Counted from the stretch's first letter, positions 8,396 to 17,950 are shown. The stretch: 21,905 nucleotides of DNA from an uncultured Verrucomicrobiales bacterium (GCA_938091905.1 CALKOM010000106.1:1-21905), one strand, 5' to 3'. Made by a program: numbers and translations. The notes: generated by a model from the sequence alone, not told the origin.

Positions 8396-9814
8396 ATGAA
8401 GTCGGCCTCCACGCTCATCCTCACCCTCATTGCAACACTGCTTACCTCAGCATCTGCCGCAGACAAGCCCCACGTTCTCCTCATCATGGTCGACGACATG
8501 GGCTACGGAGATCCCGGGTGTTACAATCCCAACTCAAAGATTCCTACACCCAACATCGATGGGATCGCGGCTCAAGGGATGCGTTTCATGGACGCCCATG
8601 CGCCAGGTCCACTGTGCCATATGTCACGCTACGGCCTGCTCACCGGGCAGTATCCTTTCCGCACGGATGTGAGGCGCTGGCCCAAGCACGGGCTTATTGG
8701 CAAAGATCAAACCACGATTGCATCTCTTCTCAAGATACAGGGCTACCACACAGAAATGGTCGGCAAATGGCATCTCGGATTTGAAGAGAATGGCTATGAC
8801 AAACCGCTGCCTGGCGGTCCGGTCGACGTGGGATTCAACGCCTACTTTGGTATTCGGGCATCTACTGACATTCCTCCCTATTTCTACATCAAGGATCGGA
8901 ATGCTGTGAGTCCACCGACCGTAGAGATCGCCGCAAGAGCCACCGAAGGCTGGTCACCAATTCAAGGGGAATTCTGGCGGAAAGGCCTCATTGCTCCGGG
9001 CATGAAGTTGCATGATGTCCTGCCACGCTTCACCGAGGAAGCCGTCACAGCCATTGAGAAACATGCACCGAAAGCAAATGAGCAACCTCTGATGCTCTAC
9101 CTCGCCTACCCGGCACCACACACGCCTTGGCTTCCCTCAGAAGAATATATCGGCAAGAGCCGAGCCAGTATGTATGGCGATTTTATGGTCATGGTAGACG
9201 CCATGATCGGCACGGTGTTAGACTCGCTCGATAAAGCCGACATGCGCGACGACACACTCGTCATCTTCACGGCTGACAATGGCCCCGTCTGGTATGAAGA
9301 AGATTCAGTCCGATTTGGACACGACTCTTGTGGTCCCCTTCGTGGCATGAAAGCAGATGCTTGGGAAGGCGGACATCGCATGCCCTTCATCGTGAGATGG
9401 CCTGGTCAAGTGCAGCAAGGCAGCATGAGTGAACAAACGATCTGTTTCACCGATGTGCTAGCCACTCTAGCAAGCATTACCGGGTACGAACGCAAACCCA
9501 ACGAAGGACCAGACAGCTACGATTTCTCCGATGTCTTGCTAGGCAATCGCAACGAAGAAAAGCCCGTCCGTCCGCATCTCGCCATGCGCTCAGGCAGCGG
9601 TTTCATGACCATGCGCGTCGGCGACTGGAAATTAATCGATGGTCTCGGATCAGGAGGGTTCTCGAAACCAAGGCGCATCAAGCCTGAGGAAGGCGAAGCT
9701 CCCGGTCAGCTTTACAATTTGAAAGAGGATCTCGGTGAGACCACGAACCTCTACGCCAAGCATCCAGAGATCGTCGAGCGCCTTCGCAAAACGCTAGCCG
9801 AGGTGGCCCACTAA
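8396..9814 (+). CDS. Secreted formylglycine-dependent (S1) sulfatase
   Basis: Signal peptide, KPHVLLIMVDDMGYGD, TPNID, CHMSRYGLLTGQY, GKWHLG, PHTP, TADNG, RGMK...WEGGHRMPFIVRWPG, LYNL.ED..E..NL. Confidence 0.95.
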   Translation: MKSASTLILTLIATLLTSASAADKPHVLLIMVDDMGYGDPGCYNPNSKIPTPNIDGIAAQGMRFMDAHAPGPLCHMSRYGLLTGQYPFRTDVRRWPKHGLIGKDQTTIASLLKIQGYHTEMVGKWHLGFEENGYDKPLPGGPVDVGFNAYFGIRASTDIPPYFYIKDRNAVSPPTVEIAARATEGWSPIQGEFWRKGLIAPGMKLHDVLPRFTEEAVTAIEKHAPKANEQPLMLYLAYPAPHTPWLPSEEYIGKSRASMYGDFMVMVDAMIGTVLDSLDKADMRDDTLVIFTADNGPVWYEEDSVRFGHDSCGPLRGMKADAWEGGHRMPFIVRWPGQVQQGSMSEQTICFTDVLATLASITGYERKPNEGPDSYDFSDVLLGNRNEEKPVRPHLAMRSGSGFMTMRVGDWKLIDGLGSGGFSKPRRIKPEEGEAPGQLYNLKEDLGETTNLYAKHPEIVERLRKTLAEVAH

Positions 9815-9833
9815 ATTAACGACGGGTCGTAAC

Positions 9834-11625
9834 CTAGCGGACGCCCAGCAGAGCATTCTTCAGAAAGTTCCTCTCGGCCAAAGCCCCATCGGCCCATTGC
9901 CGCTGTTCCGGGCTCAGGTCGGATCGGGAAACCACCAGCTGGAGATTGCGTTCGGTTAGAGGCAGTTTGTCCAAGACGGCTTGAAAGGCTGCTTCTTGCC
10001 CGGAGGCCATGGCAAGATCAAGGGCCCTTTGCGGCACCCACTCCACAAGGCGTTCAAGAGCCTCTGCTAGAGCTAGTGGATGCTCCTGAGACAGGCTTGC
10101 CAGTCTACCCTCAATCCATGTCGCCGAGTCTTCGGGAACCTGAATGCTAAAAGCCCGCATGGCGTTGCACATCGCAAATTCCTTCGCAACTCCTTCACTC
10201 AAAGCATTCGCCCAAGCTACCGCATTCTCTGGATCTTTCTGGCCCAGTATGGACACGGCACTCTGTATTGCGCGGTCTTTCGAGTCACCGTCAGGGGCTA
10301 TTTCTAACAACACTTCAATCTCCGCCGCGCCCTGATTATAACGCTTCAGGCGCATCTCGATTTGGCGCGCTCGATGCTCCTCAGGCAATGTCTCCACGGC
10401 TGCCACGAAGCGATCAGTTGGTTCATGTGTCAGCGGCCCAGAGAAAAGAGAATTGCCCTCGATGCCGCTTTCCAGAAGACGAGGAAAGTAAGTCTGCAAC
10501 TTTGGGACGGCACCACTCGCATCGTCCTCTAGCCATCGCTGCAAAAGCTCTTTAGCAATCGGCAACTGTGATTTCTCAGGTAGTGTCAGCGCCCAAGCCT
10601 GCAACGCCGCAGAATCTTTCTCTGCCCAAGCTTTGATGGTTGGGAGCAACGGGTTCCACATCACCCCGAAAGGATCTCCAAGATCTTTCTATTCCTCGTA
10701 AAACGCTACCAATCGCTTCGGTTTTCCTGGTTTCTCGGCCCATGCTGAGAACAGCGATCGTTTCATGTTGCTCCACTCAGAATGCGTGGTGAGATGCTCG
10801 CGGGCCCATCGCGATATGATTTCATAATCTTCAGCCAACACCTTCACCCGTTGCACGGCCAGATCTCGTTCTCTTCTATCAAAGCTACTCCAAAGCTCAC
10901 GGAGGGCATCGGCGCCTTCATGCTTCACTCTGAGCAAATTCACCTCAGGACACAAACTCGAATTCTCTGGAAGCCGAGCCCATTCTAACAAACCTTGCAG
11001 ATCCTGTTCCGCCCAGTCTGCAAGATGCATTTCCATGCGAAGATCGCCCTCCTTCAATTCACGAAACAATGCCTCTCGGTAGCGCACATCGTACTCCGCC
11101 CACTGTGAAAGAATCGATTGCCTCATTTCCGGATCAAACTCTTCTAACAGTCCCAACATGCGATCCATTTCCGTTTTCGGTACATAGTTGATCAGCAGCG
11201 CAAACTGATGTCTCCACTCTTGAGATTCTGAGAAGAAGCGGATTGCGTCATCGAGATCCTGTTCTGCCCATACCTCAATGACTGTCCCCAACCATCCCCA
11301 TGCCAGTCGCGATCTGCTGACATCCTCTAGAGCACCTTGACGGTCGCGCTCAACCCAACGTTTGAGCACTTGGCGTTCCTGCACAGTATCAGGCTCATAC
11401 GCATTCTTAGCCTCTCGCAACCACCAGTCTCGTAGCTCGGCCGATGTAGCTTCAGCAATCCAACTAGACCACTCAGCCTGAACTCTAGCATCACGCCCTT
11501 TGATCGCGCTTAGCTCCACAACAGCACGAATGCTCATTCTTCCCTCTTCCTTCACCCGCGTGGCCCTCTCCGAAAAGATCCCCAACAAACACGCAGCAAA
11601 CGGATACGACCAGGGTCTTCGTCAT
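9834..11625 (-). pseudogene. Disrupted helical-repeat (W-x-x-x-D-x-x-x-A-x-x-W) protein, about 596 aa if restored
   Basis: ATG at 11625 overlaps the upstream TGA (ATGA) and has GGAGGAGG 7 nt upstream. MTKTLVVSV... joins ORF 10689..11588 if one base is removed near 11580-11600. An in-frame TAG at 10689-10691 (YEE*KDLG) continues directly into ORF 9834..10664. Repeats include WAEQDLDDA, WAEQDLQGLLEW, WAEKDSAALQAW, QKDPENAVAW. Confidence 0.7.
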
Positions 11626-12257
11626 TCAGCCGCCTCCTCCAAGTCAATGCCAAACCTCTTCTTCCAAGCATCAACCGCCGACTGCTCCTCTTCCGCCCAA
11701 AGATCGAGCGTCTCGGTGAGAAGCTCCTGAAAGAGAGGGTGTTCGTGAGGCACATCGGCTTTCGCCAGCCATCTCAAGGCCGCTCGAGGGGAACCTTTCG
11801 CTACCTCGGCTACGGAATCGCGAATTCGTGATCCATAGGTGTCGCCAATACTCACTCCCGTGTTCCATGCACCGATCGTTCCTGGAGATTTGCTCGGCAT
11901 CACCAAAGCCTCATTCTTGTAGTGCTACCCTTTCGAATTTATTCGCGTGTCCAAATCCCAGACACCAGTTTCCTCAACCAGTATTAAGAGTTTGTTGGGA
12001 TCCGTTTCAGGATAGGCATTCAGCGCCTTCCCAAGGAGCGTTCGGCGTTCTGGCCCCGGCGACATGGCGCTCGCGACCGCAAGGGTTTCTTCTGGAGACT
12101 CTTCTTTGCGAGCCTCACGAGAAAGCCACTCGGAATCCGCCTTCATCGACTTGGCATCAGATAGCCGCTCATTCATGGCAGCCAGCTCCGCCCCCAAGAA
12201 GCGACTTCCGGCAAAGCCAGCCCCAAAGCAGAGCATTCAAATGATCGCTTTTGTCAT
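11622..12257 (-). pseudogene. Disrupted membrane-anchored hypothetical protein, about 211 aa if restored
   Basis: ATG at 12257 gives MTKAII*MLCFGAGFAGSRFLG (TGA at 12237-12239), and a second in-frame TAG at 11925-11927 (SKG*HYK) joins ORFs 11925..12236 and 11622..11906 in one frame. The C-terminal part has SPRAALRW / WAEEEQSAVDAW motifs similar to the downstream gene. Confidence 0.7.
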
Positions 12258-12345
12258 ATCGTAGCCCTAAGCCTAGCCGAGCAGCATTACGAAGTCGAAC
12301 GATCCACCTTTAGGGCAACTTCAACATCTCCCAACACACCGTGAA

Positions 12346-12377
12346 ATTGATGGCATCAATACTTCAACTTGGAGTAT
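12346..12377. promoter_or_regulatory. Two adjacent palindromes in a divergent intergenic region (candidate operators)
   Basis: ATTGATG-G-CATCAAT (12346-12360, perfect) and ATACTTCAA-C-TTGGAGTAT (12359-12377, one mismatch), about 40-70 nt upstream of ATG 12417. Confidence 0.45.
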
Positions 12378-12416
12378 CGATGCACGCAATAGTCAGTTCC
12401 GATCGAGTATGAATCC

Positions 12417-15400
12417 ATGGAAGGCATACTGATTCTCCTCATCCTCTTTCTTGCCTGCGGGCCATTTCTCGGTCTCTACGCTCTTGCCAAGGCCAATCGT
12501 TTAGAAGCGCAGCTCGAAGCCCTTAAACTCGACCTCAGCCGCCTTGAACTTGAAGGTTGGACCTCGTCAACACGAGATACCCCGGCTAAAGCGACGCCGC
12601 CCGAGCCACCTGTAGTCACACAGACTCAACCTGCAGCAGAGGTACTACCACCTCCCCTACCTATTCATAAACCGGCACCATCGAAGACGGTCACACCACC
12701 GTTGCCACCGCTGCCACCGTTGCCACCGCTGCCACCGCTGCCACCGTTGAGACCTTCAGAACTACAGCCAAATCCCACCCAAGAAAGCTTCGGTATCGGA
12801 ATTGATTGGCGCTCCTGGCTAAGACGATTGCACCTTTGCCCACCGGAGAAGGAAGCCAGTGGCGAAGTTGGCCTCGCCGCTTGGTGGACGACACGCATCG
12901 GAATCCTCTTGGGCGTCATCGCTGTCGTCTTCCTTGGTGTGTATGTAAACCGTGTAACCGCACCGTGGATTCGGTTATGCGAACTCCTTAGCATTTCCGT
13001 AGGTGTCTTCGCCGCAGGTCATTGGCTTCAGAAACGACTGGGGCGATTTGGTGACATCGTCAGCTCTGGCGGACTAGCCATGCTCTTCTTTACGGCTTAC
13101 GCTTCCCATGGCGTCGCTGCTGTTCAGATCACCAGCCAAGCGTGGCTCGGGACTAGTTTTCAAGTCGTCGCTCTGGGCTTCATGCTGGCGTGGAGCCTTC
13201 ATAAACGGGACTCCAACCTTGCCTCTGCAGGCATCGGGTTAGGCTACGTCAGTTGTACGTTTGCAGCCGGGCACGGCCTTGCCTGGATGACGCTGGGTGG
13301 TCTGGTCTTGTTAGGTGTCGTAGGGAGTGTTCTCTTGGCTCGGTGCCAATGGCGCTTGCCGTTCCTAGTTTCAGCAGTTGGGAGCTATACTGGCCTCTTT
13401 CTCCTTACATTAAGTCTAGGAAATGTGGTGATTCCCCAGCGGATATTTATCACTGCGACCACCTTACTCTTCAGTTTCACTGCGGGCCTTTGGTGGATAT
13501 CCCGCAACTCAAAACAAGAGTCGTGGCCACGACGCGCGGCCATTGGGCAGGCCTCTGGGGCAAGTATCGCGGTGATCGGCAGCAGCTTAATACTCGGCCC
13601 GAGCACCCTTTCTAACGCTTACCTACTCTTGTTTATCGCGTTCGCCATTCATACAGCGCTTAGCTGGAGCGGCCGCTTCCTACCGGCACTGTTTCCTGTG
13701 TGGACAGTAAAAGCGCTGACCTTTCTAGCTCTCTTTGTGGTGGCCGAATTCGATGGACCTACGCGTTGGTTAGGCCTCATTGCGCAAAGCTTCGGCATCC
13801 TCTGGGCCATGCGTGGAAAGGATCCGCGCCCACGCTGGATGGAGATTCCCTTCCTAGCACTTTGGGTAGCTTCTTTCGCTTTCTACTGGAACGACGTCTT
13901 CGATGCGCAAGCGCTGAAGCTCGCAATCTTCGACACCCAACATCTCGTATCGTGGTCCTACCTTCTCGTCGCCATGCTTCTAGCGACGCTTTACCACAAA
14001 TCAGCAGGTGCCCAATCCAAGCCTTCTCATAGACACCAGCCAGCGAGTATCGCGATGGCAATGGCCGTGGGCATCGGTAGTTTCCTGAGCTTCCAAACGC
14101 TTCCAAACTCTACCGCAAGCACGTGCGCCTTGGCCTGCGTCGCCTCGCTAATGCTCGGGCTCTCCTGGTGGCAGCGATCACGACTCCCCCTGATCGCCGG
14201 AGGACTCCTTGCCGTTGGAACTCATCTCCATTTCTGGCAGCTGGCTTTCAGTCCGTTACCTTGGTGGATTCCGATAATGCTAGCTTTGGTCTTGGGAGGT
14301 TTAGGCTATGCCATTTCCCATCGTGCGATTCGGATTGGCAACACCGAACCAGAGTGGCTCGATGCCGTCATCACCCCCGTTTGGATGGGTGCCCTGTTGA
14401 TCTCAGGTGCCGTCTGCGGCGTCTACCTCGACAACCTCAGCTACGAAATCGGCGGGGTTCTCGCCTTCGTTGCAGCCAGTATATTAGCCTCAATCGGCAG
14501 TGCAGGCTTGCTAGCCAAGCGCACCGCTCACGCATACCGATTGATTCTGCTCGCGACTGTCGGTTGCTCGGTCGCCGTCTACGCCATGTTCACGCTCGAA
14601 GCGATCGTTCTTCCGTGGAGCCTTGTGCTCACAGTCGGCTTGATTCTCGCGATAACTAAATCTCTCAAAGACAAATTGCTGTCGGCTGTCATTGTCGCTC
14701 CCGCTACGTTAAGCACGCTCGTTTACCTCGTCGGTCCTCAAGGAACTCCTTGGCCCATCACAAACGATCTCACCCTGGGAGTTGTCATGATGCTTGGTTT
14801 CACTCTTGGCGCTTGGTGGTTTAGTCAGGAATTGAGCAATTCTACTCATCGGAAATCCCTTTGGATGGACGGACTCATGCATGTTGCAACGCTGCTCATT
14901 CTCTTCTGCGGCGCCGAGCGGCACGTCGGGGGCCCGATGCATTGGCTCCTGATGTGCGCCACCACCTGCGGGCTCGCACTGGCTGCGAAAAGACTCCCAT
15001 TCCCGACGCTCCCCTGGATTGCTTGGCTGCTACCGATCTTGCTCATAAGCCGAGAAATAGTCACTGGCTTCACAACGGCCGCACCAACTCTACTCTATTG
15101 GATTGGCAGCGCTATCCTCGTCCTGGCATGGCGTGCCACTCAGCCATCGAACGTTCTCGCGATCAGTGTGAGTGCCGCATCTCTCGTCGTCACCGCGTTT
15201 CTTACGTTCGATGGCGCTACACTGTCCGGGGCGCTTACGACCATGGCTCTTGGCTATGCGTTCCTCTTCCGCTATCAGAATGAGCACGATGCAGGAAAGG
15301 TCGCCATCGTGGTCCAATCCATCAGTGTCGTCATTGCCTTTGCCACTGTCGTTCTGGGTAGCGCCACCATCGGATTGGCATGGATCGTCTGGACTTGCAT

Positions 15401-15800
15401 TGGAACAGCCACTCAAGGCTGGTTGTTGAAGAGCCTTTCGAGTGCCCTTCCTATATGGCGTGACGCGCTGCGGACTTGGGCACACGGTGCCAGCGCGTTG
15501 ATGCTCTTACAGATAAGCCTACTCGTACCGAGCTTGGGATCGATCCAGATGGCTACCGCCTGGTGGGGCCTGACCAGTATCGCTTTATTCATTGGTGGGC
15601 TGTTCGGCGGATTGCGTGCCTATCGGATGATCGGCTTGTTAGGACTAATCACCTGTATCGCTCGCATGTTCGCAGTGGATATCGATGACACCTTCTATCG
15701 GATCATCGCCTTCGCTGTCGTCGCCCTGGTCCTTCTCGGCGTGGGATTCCTCTACACGAGATTCCGTAGGTGGATCGAGAGCCAAGATGAAGTGGCGTAG
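12417..15800 (+). CDS. DUF2339-type large polytopic membrane protein
   Basis: N-terminal TM plus short coiled coil, Pro-rich linker, E..LAAWWTTRIGILLGVIAVVFL, GG.AMLFFTAYA, very many TM helices, C-terminal YRMIGL.GL....RMFAVDI....RIIAF......LL.VGFLY.RF. Confidence 0.85.
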   Translation: MEGILILLILFLACGPFLGLYALAKANRLEAQLEALKLDLSRLELEGWTSSTRDTPAKATPPEPPVVTQTQPAAEVLPPPLPIHKPAPSKTVTPPLPPLPPLPPLPPLPPLRPSELQPNPTQESFGIGIDWRSWLRRLHLCPPEKEASGEVGLAAWWTTRIGILLGVIAVVFLGVYVNRVTAPWIRLCELLSISVGVFAAGHWLQKRLGRFGDIVSSGGLAMLFFTAYASHGVAAVQITSQAWLGTSFQVVALGFMLAWSLHKRDSNLASAGIGLGYVSCTFAAGHGLAWMTLGGLVLLGVVGSVLLARCQWRLPFLVSAVGSYTGLFLLTLSLGNVVIPQRIFITATTLLFSFTAGLWWISRNSKQESWPRRAAIGQASGASIAVIGSSLILGPSTLSNAYLLLFIAFAIHTALSWSGRFLPALFPVWTVKALTFLALFVVAEFDGPTRWLGLIAQSFGILWAMRGKDPRPRWMEIPFLALWVASFAFYWNDVFDAQALKLAIFDTQHLVSWSYLLVAMLLATLYHKSAGAQSKPSHRHQPASIAMAMAVGIGSFLSFQTLPNSTASTCALACVASLMLGLSWWQRSRLPLIAGGLLAVGTHLHFWQLAFSPLPWWIPIMLALVLGGLGYAISHRAIRIGNTEPEWLDAVITPVWMGALLISGAVCGVYLDNLSYEIGGVLAFVAASILASIGSAGLLAKRTAHAYRLILLATVGCSVAVYAMFTLEAIVLPWSLVLTVGLILAITKSLKDKLLSAVIVAPATLSTLVYLVGPQGTPWPITNDLTLGVVMMLGFTLGAWWFSQELSNSTHRKSLWMDGLMHVATLLILFCGAERHVGGPMHWLLMCATTCGLALAAKRLPFPTLPWIAWLLPILLISREIVTGFTTAAPTLLYWIGSAILVLAWRATQPSNVLAISVSAASLVVTAFLTFDGATLSGALTTMALGYAFLFRYQNEHDAGKVAIVVQSISVVIAFATVVLGSATIGLAWIVWTCIGTATQGWLLKSLSSALPIWRDALRTWAHGASALMLLQISLLVPSLGSIQMATAWWGLTSIALFIGGLFGGLRAYRMIGLLGLITCIARMFAVDIDDTFYRIIAFAVVALVLLGVGFLYTRFRRWIESQDEVA
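12696..12749 (+). repeat. 9-bp tandem repeat (CCACCGYTG)x6 encoding (PPL)6
   Basis: ccaccgttg ccaccgctg ccaccgttg ccaccgctg ccaccgctg ccaccgttg, read directly. Confidence 0.95.
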
Positions 15801-15850
15801 CCCCGCAAACCTCCTTGCCTCAGCGCGCAATTGCTCTTTGCTATTAGGCA

Positions 15851-16981
15851 ATGAGTTATGCTGAATCTCGTCGTCGCTCCTCCGCCAATGGCTGGTTGAT
15901 CCTGCTATGTGCAATCCTCGGATTGATGCTGGCGAAAGACTATTGGCTTGAAAAACAGGCAACCCATCAAGAGCGGCCTGTCGCCCCACGGGCGGATCTC
16001 GCGATGAATGAGCAAGCAACGATCGCGCGATTTGAAGAGGCCTCACCATCAGTTGTCTATATCACGAGCGTCCGACTCGAACGCACACGGTCATTCTTCG
16101 GCGGGCTGAACATTCACAAGATCCCCAGTGGCACAGGCACCGGTTTCATTTGGAATGATCAAGGCCACGTCGTGACCAACTTCCACGTGATTCAGGGGGC
16201 CAGTGAAGCCCAGGTCACCTTGAGTGATCAAACCGTCTGGGACGCAAAAGTGGTCGGGGCCGAACCAGACAAGGACATCGCTGTTCTCAAGATCGACGCG
16301 CCCAAGAGTTCTCTCCGTCCACTTCAGTTAGGCCTTTCTTCCGATCTCCGGGTAGGCCAAAGTGTCCTTGCCATCGGCAATCCTTTCGGTCTCGACCAGA
16401 CCCTAACCACTGGCGTGATCAGCGGTCTCGGTCGCGAGATCGAGTCCGTTACCCAACGCCCCATCCAGGATGTGATTCAAACGGACGCCGCAATCAATCC
16501 TGGTAACTCTGGAGGTCCTTTATTGGACAGTTCCGGTCGACTGATCGGTGTGAACACCGCAATCTATAGCCCTTCGGGTTCCTCGGCAGGAATCGGCTTT
16601 GCCGTACCCGTAGACGCCGTGAACCGAATCGTCCCGCAGATCATCAAGTATGGCCGAGCGATCAAACCCGTACTTGGGATTCAGCTTCTTTCAGATGCCA
16701 TGGCGCGCCAGCAGCGTATCAACGGTATTATCATTAGAGACGTTGCTCCAGGCTCAGGTGCTGCTGACGCAGGTCTTGAAGGGCTTTGGGCAGATCGTCG
16801 GGGAAACACCATGATTGGCGATGTCATCACGGGAATCGAAGGCCAGGACGTCTCCGATCAGAATAGCCTCTATCGCGTCCTAGATCGCTTTAAAGTGGGC
16901 GACGAGGTTACCCTGACGGTAGTACGTCCGGGCTCGAAACCGCGCGACAAGCAGGTCATCTTATCACCGAGTTCCCGGTAG
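15851..16981 (+). CDS. HtrA/DegP-family trypsin-like serine protease with one PDZ domain and an N-terminal membrane anchor
   Basis: GTGTGFIW, TNFHVI (His), DIAVL (Asp), IQTDAAINPGNSGGPL (Ser), C-terminal PDZ (LGI...GDVITGIEG). Confidence 0.95.
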   Translation: MSYAESRRRSSANGWLILLCAILGLMLAKDYWLEKQATHQERPVAPRADLAMNEQATIARFEEASPSVVYITSVRLERTRSFFGGLNIHKIPSGTGTGFIWNDQGHVVTNFHVIQGASEAQVTLSDQTVWDAKVVGAEPDKDIAVLKIDAPKSSLRPLQLGLSSDLRVGQSVLAIGNPFGLDQTLTTGVISGLGREIESVTQRPIQDVIQTDAAINPGNSGGPLLDSSGRLIGVNTAIYSPSGSSAGIGFAVPVDAVNRIVPQIIKYGRAIKPVLGIQLLSDAMARQQRINGIIIRDVAPGSGAADAGLEGLWADRRGNTMIGDVITGIEGQDVSDQNSLYRVLDRFKVGDEVTLTVVRPGSKPRDKQVILSPSSR

Positions 16982-17052
16982 AGGCCTAGAGGAATTCTTC
17001 CTGCCGATTGTAACGGCGGAATCCAGGCGATATGCTAGTATCGCTTAGGAAG

Positions 17053-17889
17053 ATGAAACGAAGAACCGAGTTCAAGCACCTGCGCACAGATTGTATCATC
17101 GATACTGTCGTGAAGCTAAAACAACGGCTGGAGAAGCGTTTCCCCAAAGCAAGTTTGACCAAACTATGTGACGACCTCGTCATCGTGAGTCGTCTAGCAC
17201 AACAACGAGCCGATGAGTTCCGCAAGCCGCTCATTGCGCTAAGGATTCTTTCGGCCGCCTTTGTCATCGGCATCCTCATTGGCACAGGCGCTGTTATCAC
17301 AGCCCTGAGAAACGACACGGCAGAGTTAGAGCTCCTAGAATTCATTCAAGTTCTGGAAGCTGGAATGAATGATGTGGTTCTAATAGGTGCGGCTATCTTC
17401 TTTGTTGTTACACTGGAGGTTCGTGCCAAACGCAATCGGGCCTTAGAAGCCATTCACGAGCTGCGATCGATCGCCCACATTATTGACATGCATCAGTTGA
17501 CTAAGGATCCCCTATACGTGGTGACCGAAGGGAGGGTTCATAGTCGAGAATCGGACCGGCCCATGACACCGTTTGAGCTCAGTCGCTACCTGGACTATTG
17601 CAGTGAAATGCTTTCACTCTGCGGCAAGGTCGCTGCGGTATACGTGCAAGAGTTTAGCGACAGCGTCGTCATCGCGGCGGTGAATGAAATTGAGGACCTG
17701 ACCACGGGTCTGTCCCGCAAGATCTGGCAGAAAGTGCTCATCCTCGAGCAGCAGACAAAACGAGAGTTCCCCATCGAAGAATCTCAGCCCACTTATGGCG
17801 ATGAACGCGATTCCATCATCTCCCTGCCATCACATAGGGGCTCAGCACAAGACGAGGAAAAACCGTCGTCCATCATTCAGCCGCGCTAG
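17053..17889 (+). CDS. Conserved hypothetical membrane protein (2 TM plus helical C-terminal domain)
   Basis: Long ORF with two hydrophobic segments and motifs ELRSIAHIIDMHQLTKDP, YLDYCSEMLSL, GLSRKIWQK. Start chosen at ATG 17053 (AGGA upstream); the ORF track gives 17032. Confidence 0.8.
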   Translation: MKRRTEFKHLRTDCIIDTVVKLKQRLEKRFPKASLTKLCDDLVIVSRLAQQRADEFRKPLIALRILSAAFVIGILIGTGAVITALRNDTAELELLEFIQVLEAGMNDVVLIGAAIFFVVTLEVRAKRNRALEAIHELRSIAHIIDMHQLTKDPLYVVTEGRVHSRESDRPMTPFELSRYLDYCSEMLSLCGKVAAVYVQEFSDSVVIAAVNEIEDLTTGLSRKIWQKVLILEQQTKREFPIEESQPTYGDERDSIISLPSHRGSAQDEEKPSSIIQPR

Positions 17890-17950
17890 CGGATGGCGCA
17901 TGGCGGAAAGTGCTTGATTTACAGCACACAATAGTTAACTTTCCTTAAAT

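Noticed and set aside
11491..11625. 44-aa Cys-rich peptide (MTKTLVVSVCCVF...HSCCCGAKRDQRA) as a RiPP or metallothionein
   Set aside because: It is better explained as the out-of-frame product of the frameshifted gene, and no modifying enzymes are nearby.
9834..12257. Genome-wide stop-codon reassignment (TAG or TGA) as the cause of the in-frame stops
   Set aside because: TAG ends uxaC, HtrA and the dehydrogenase, and TGA ends the acyltransferase and LysM genes, all at their expected C-termini. No other gene has internal stops.
12696..12749. CRISPR-like or mobile repeat
   Set aside because: The units are contiguous 9-mers without spacers inside a coding region, and no cas genes are present.
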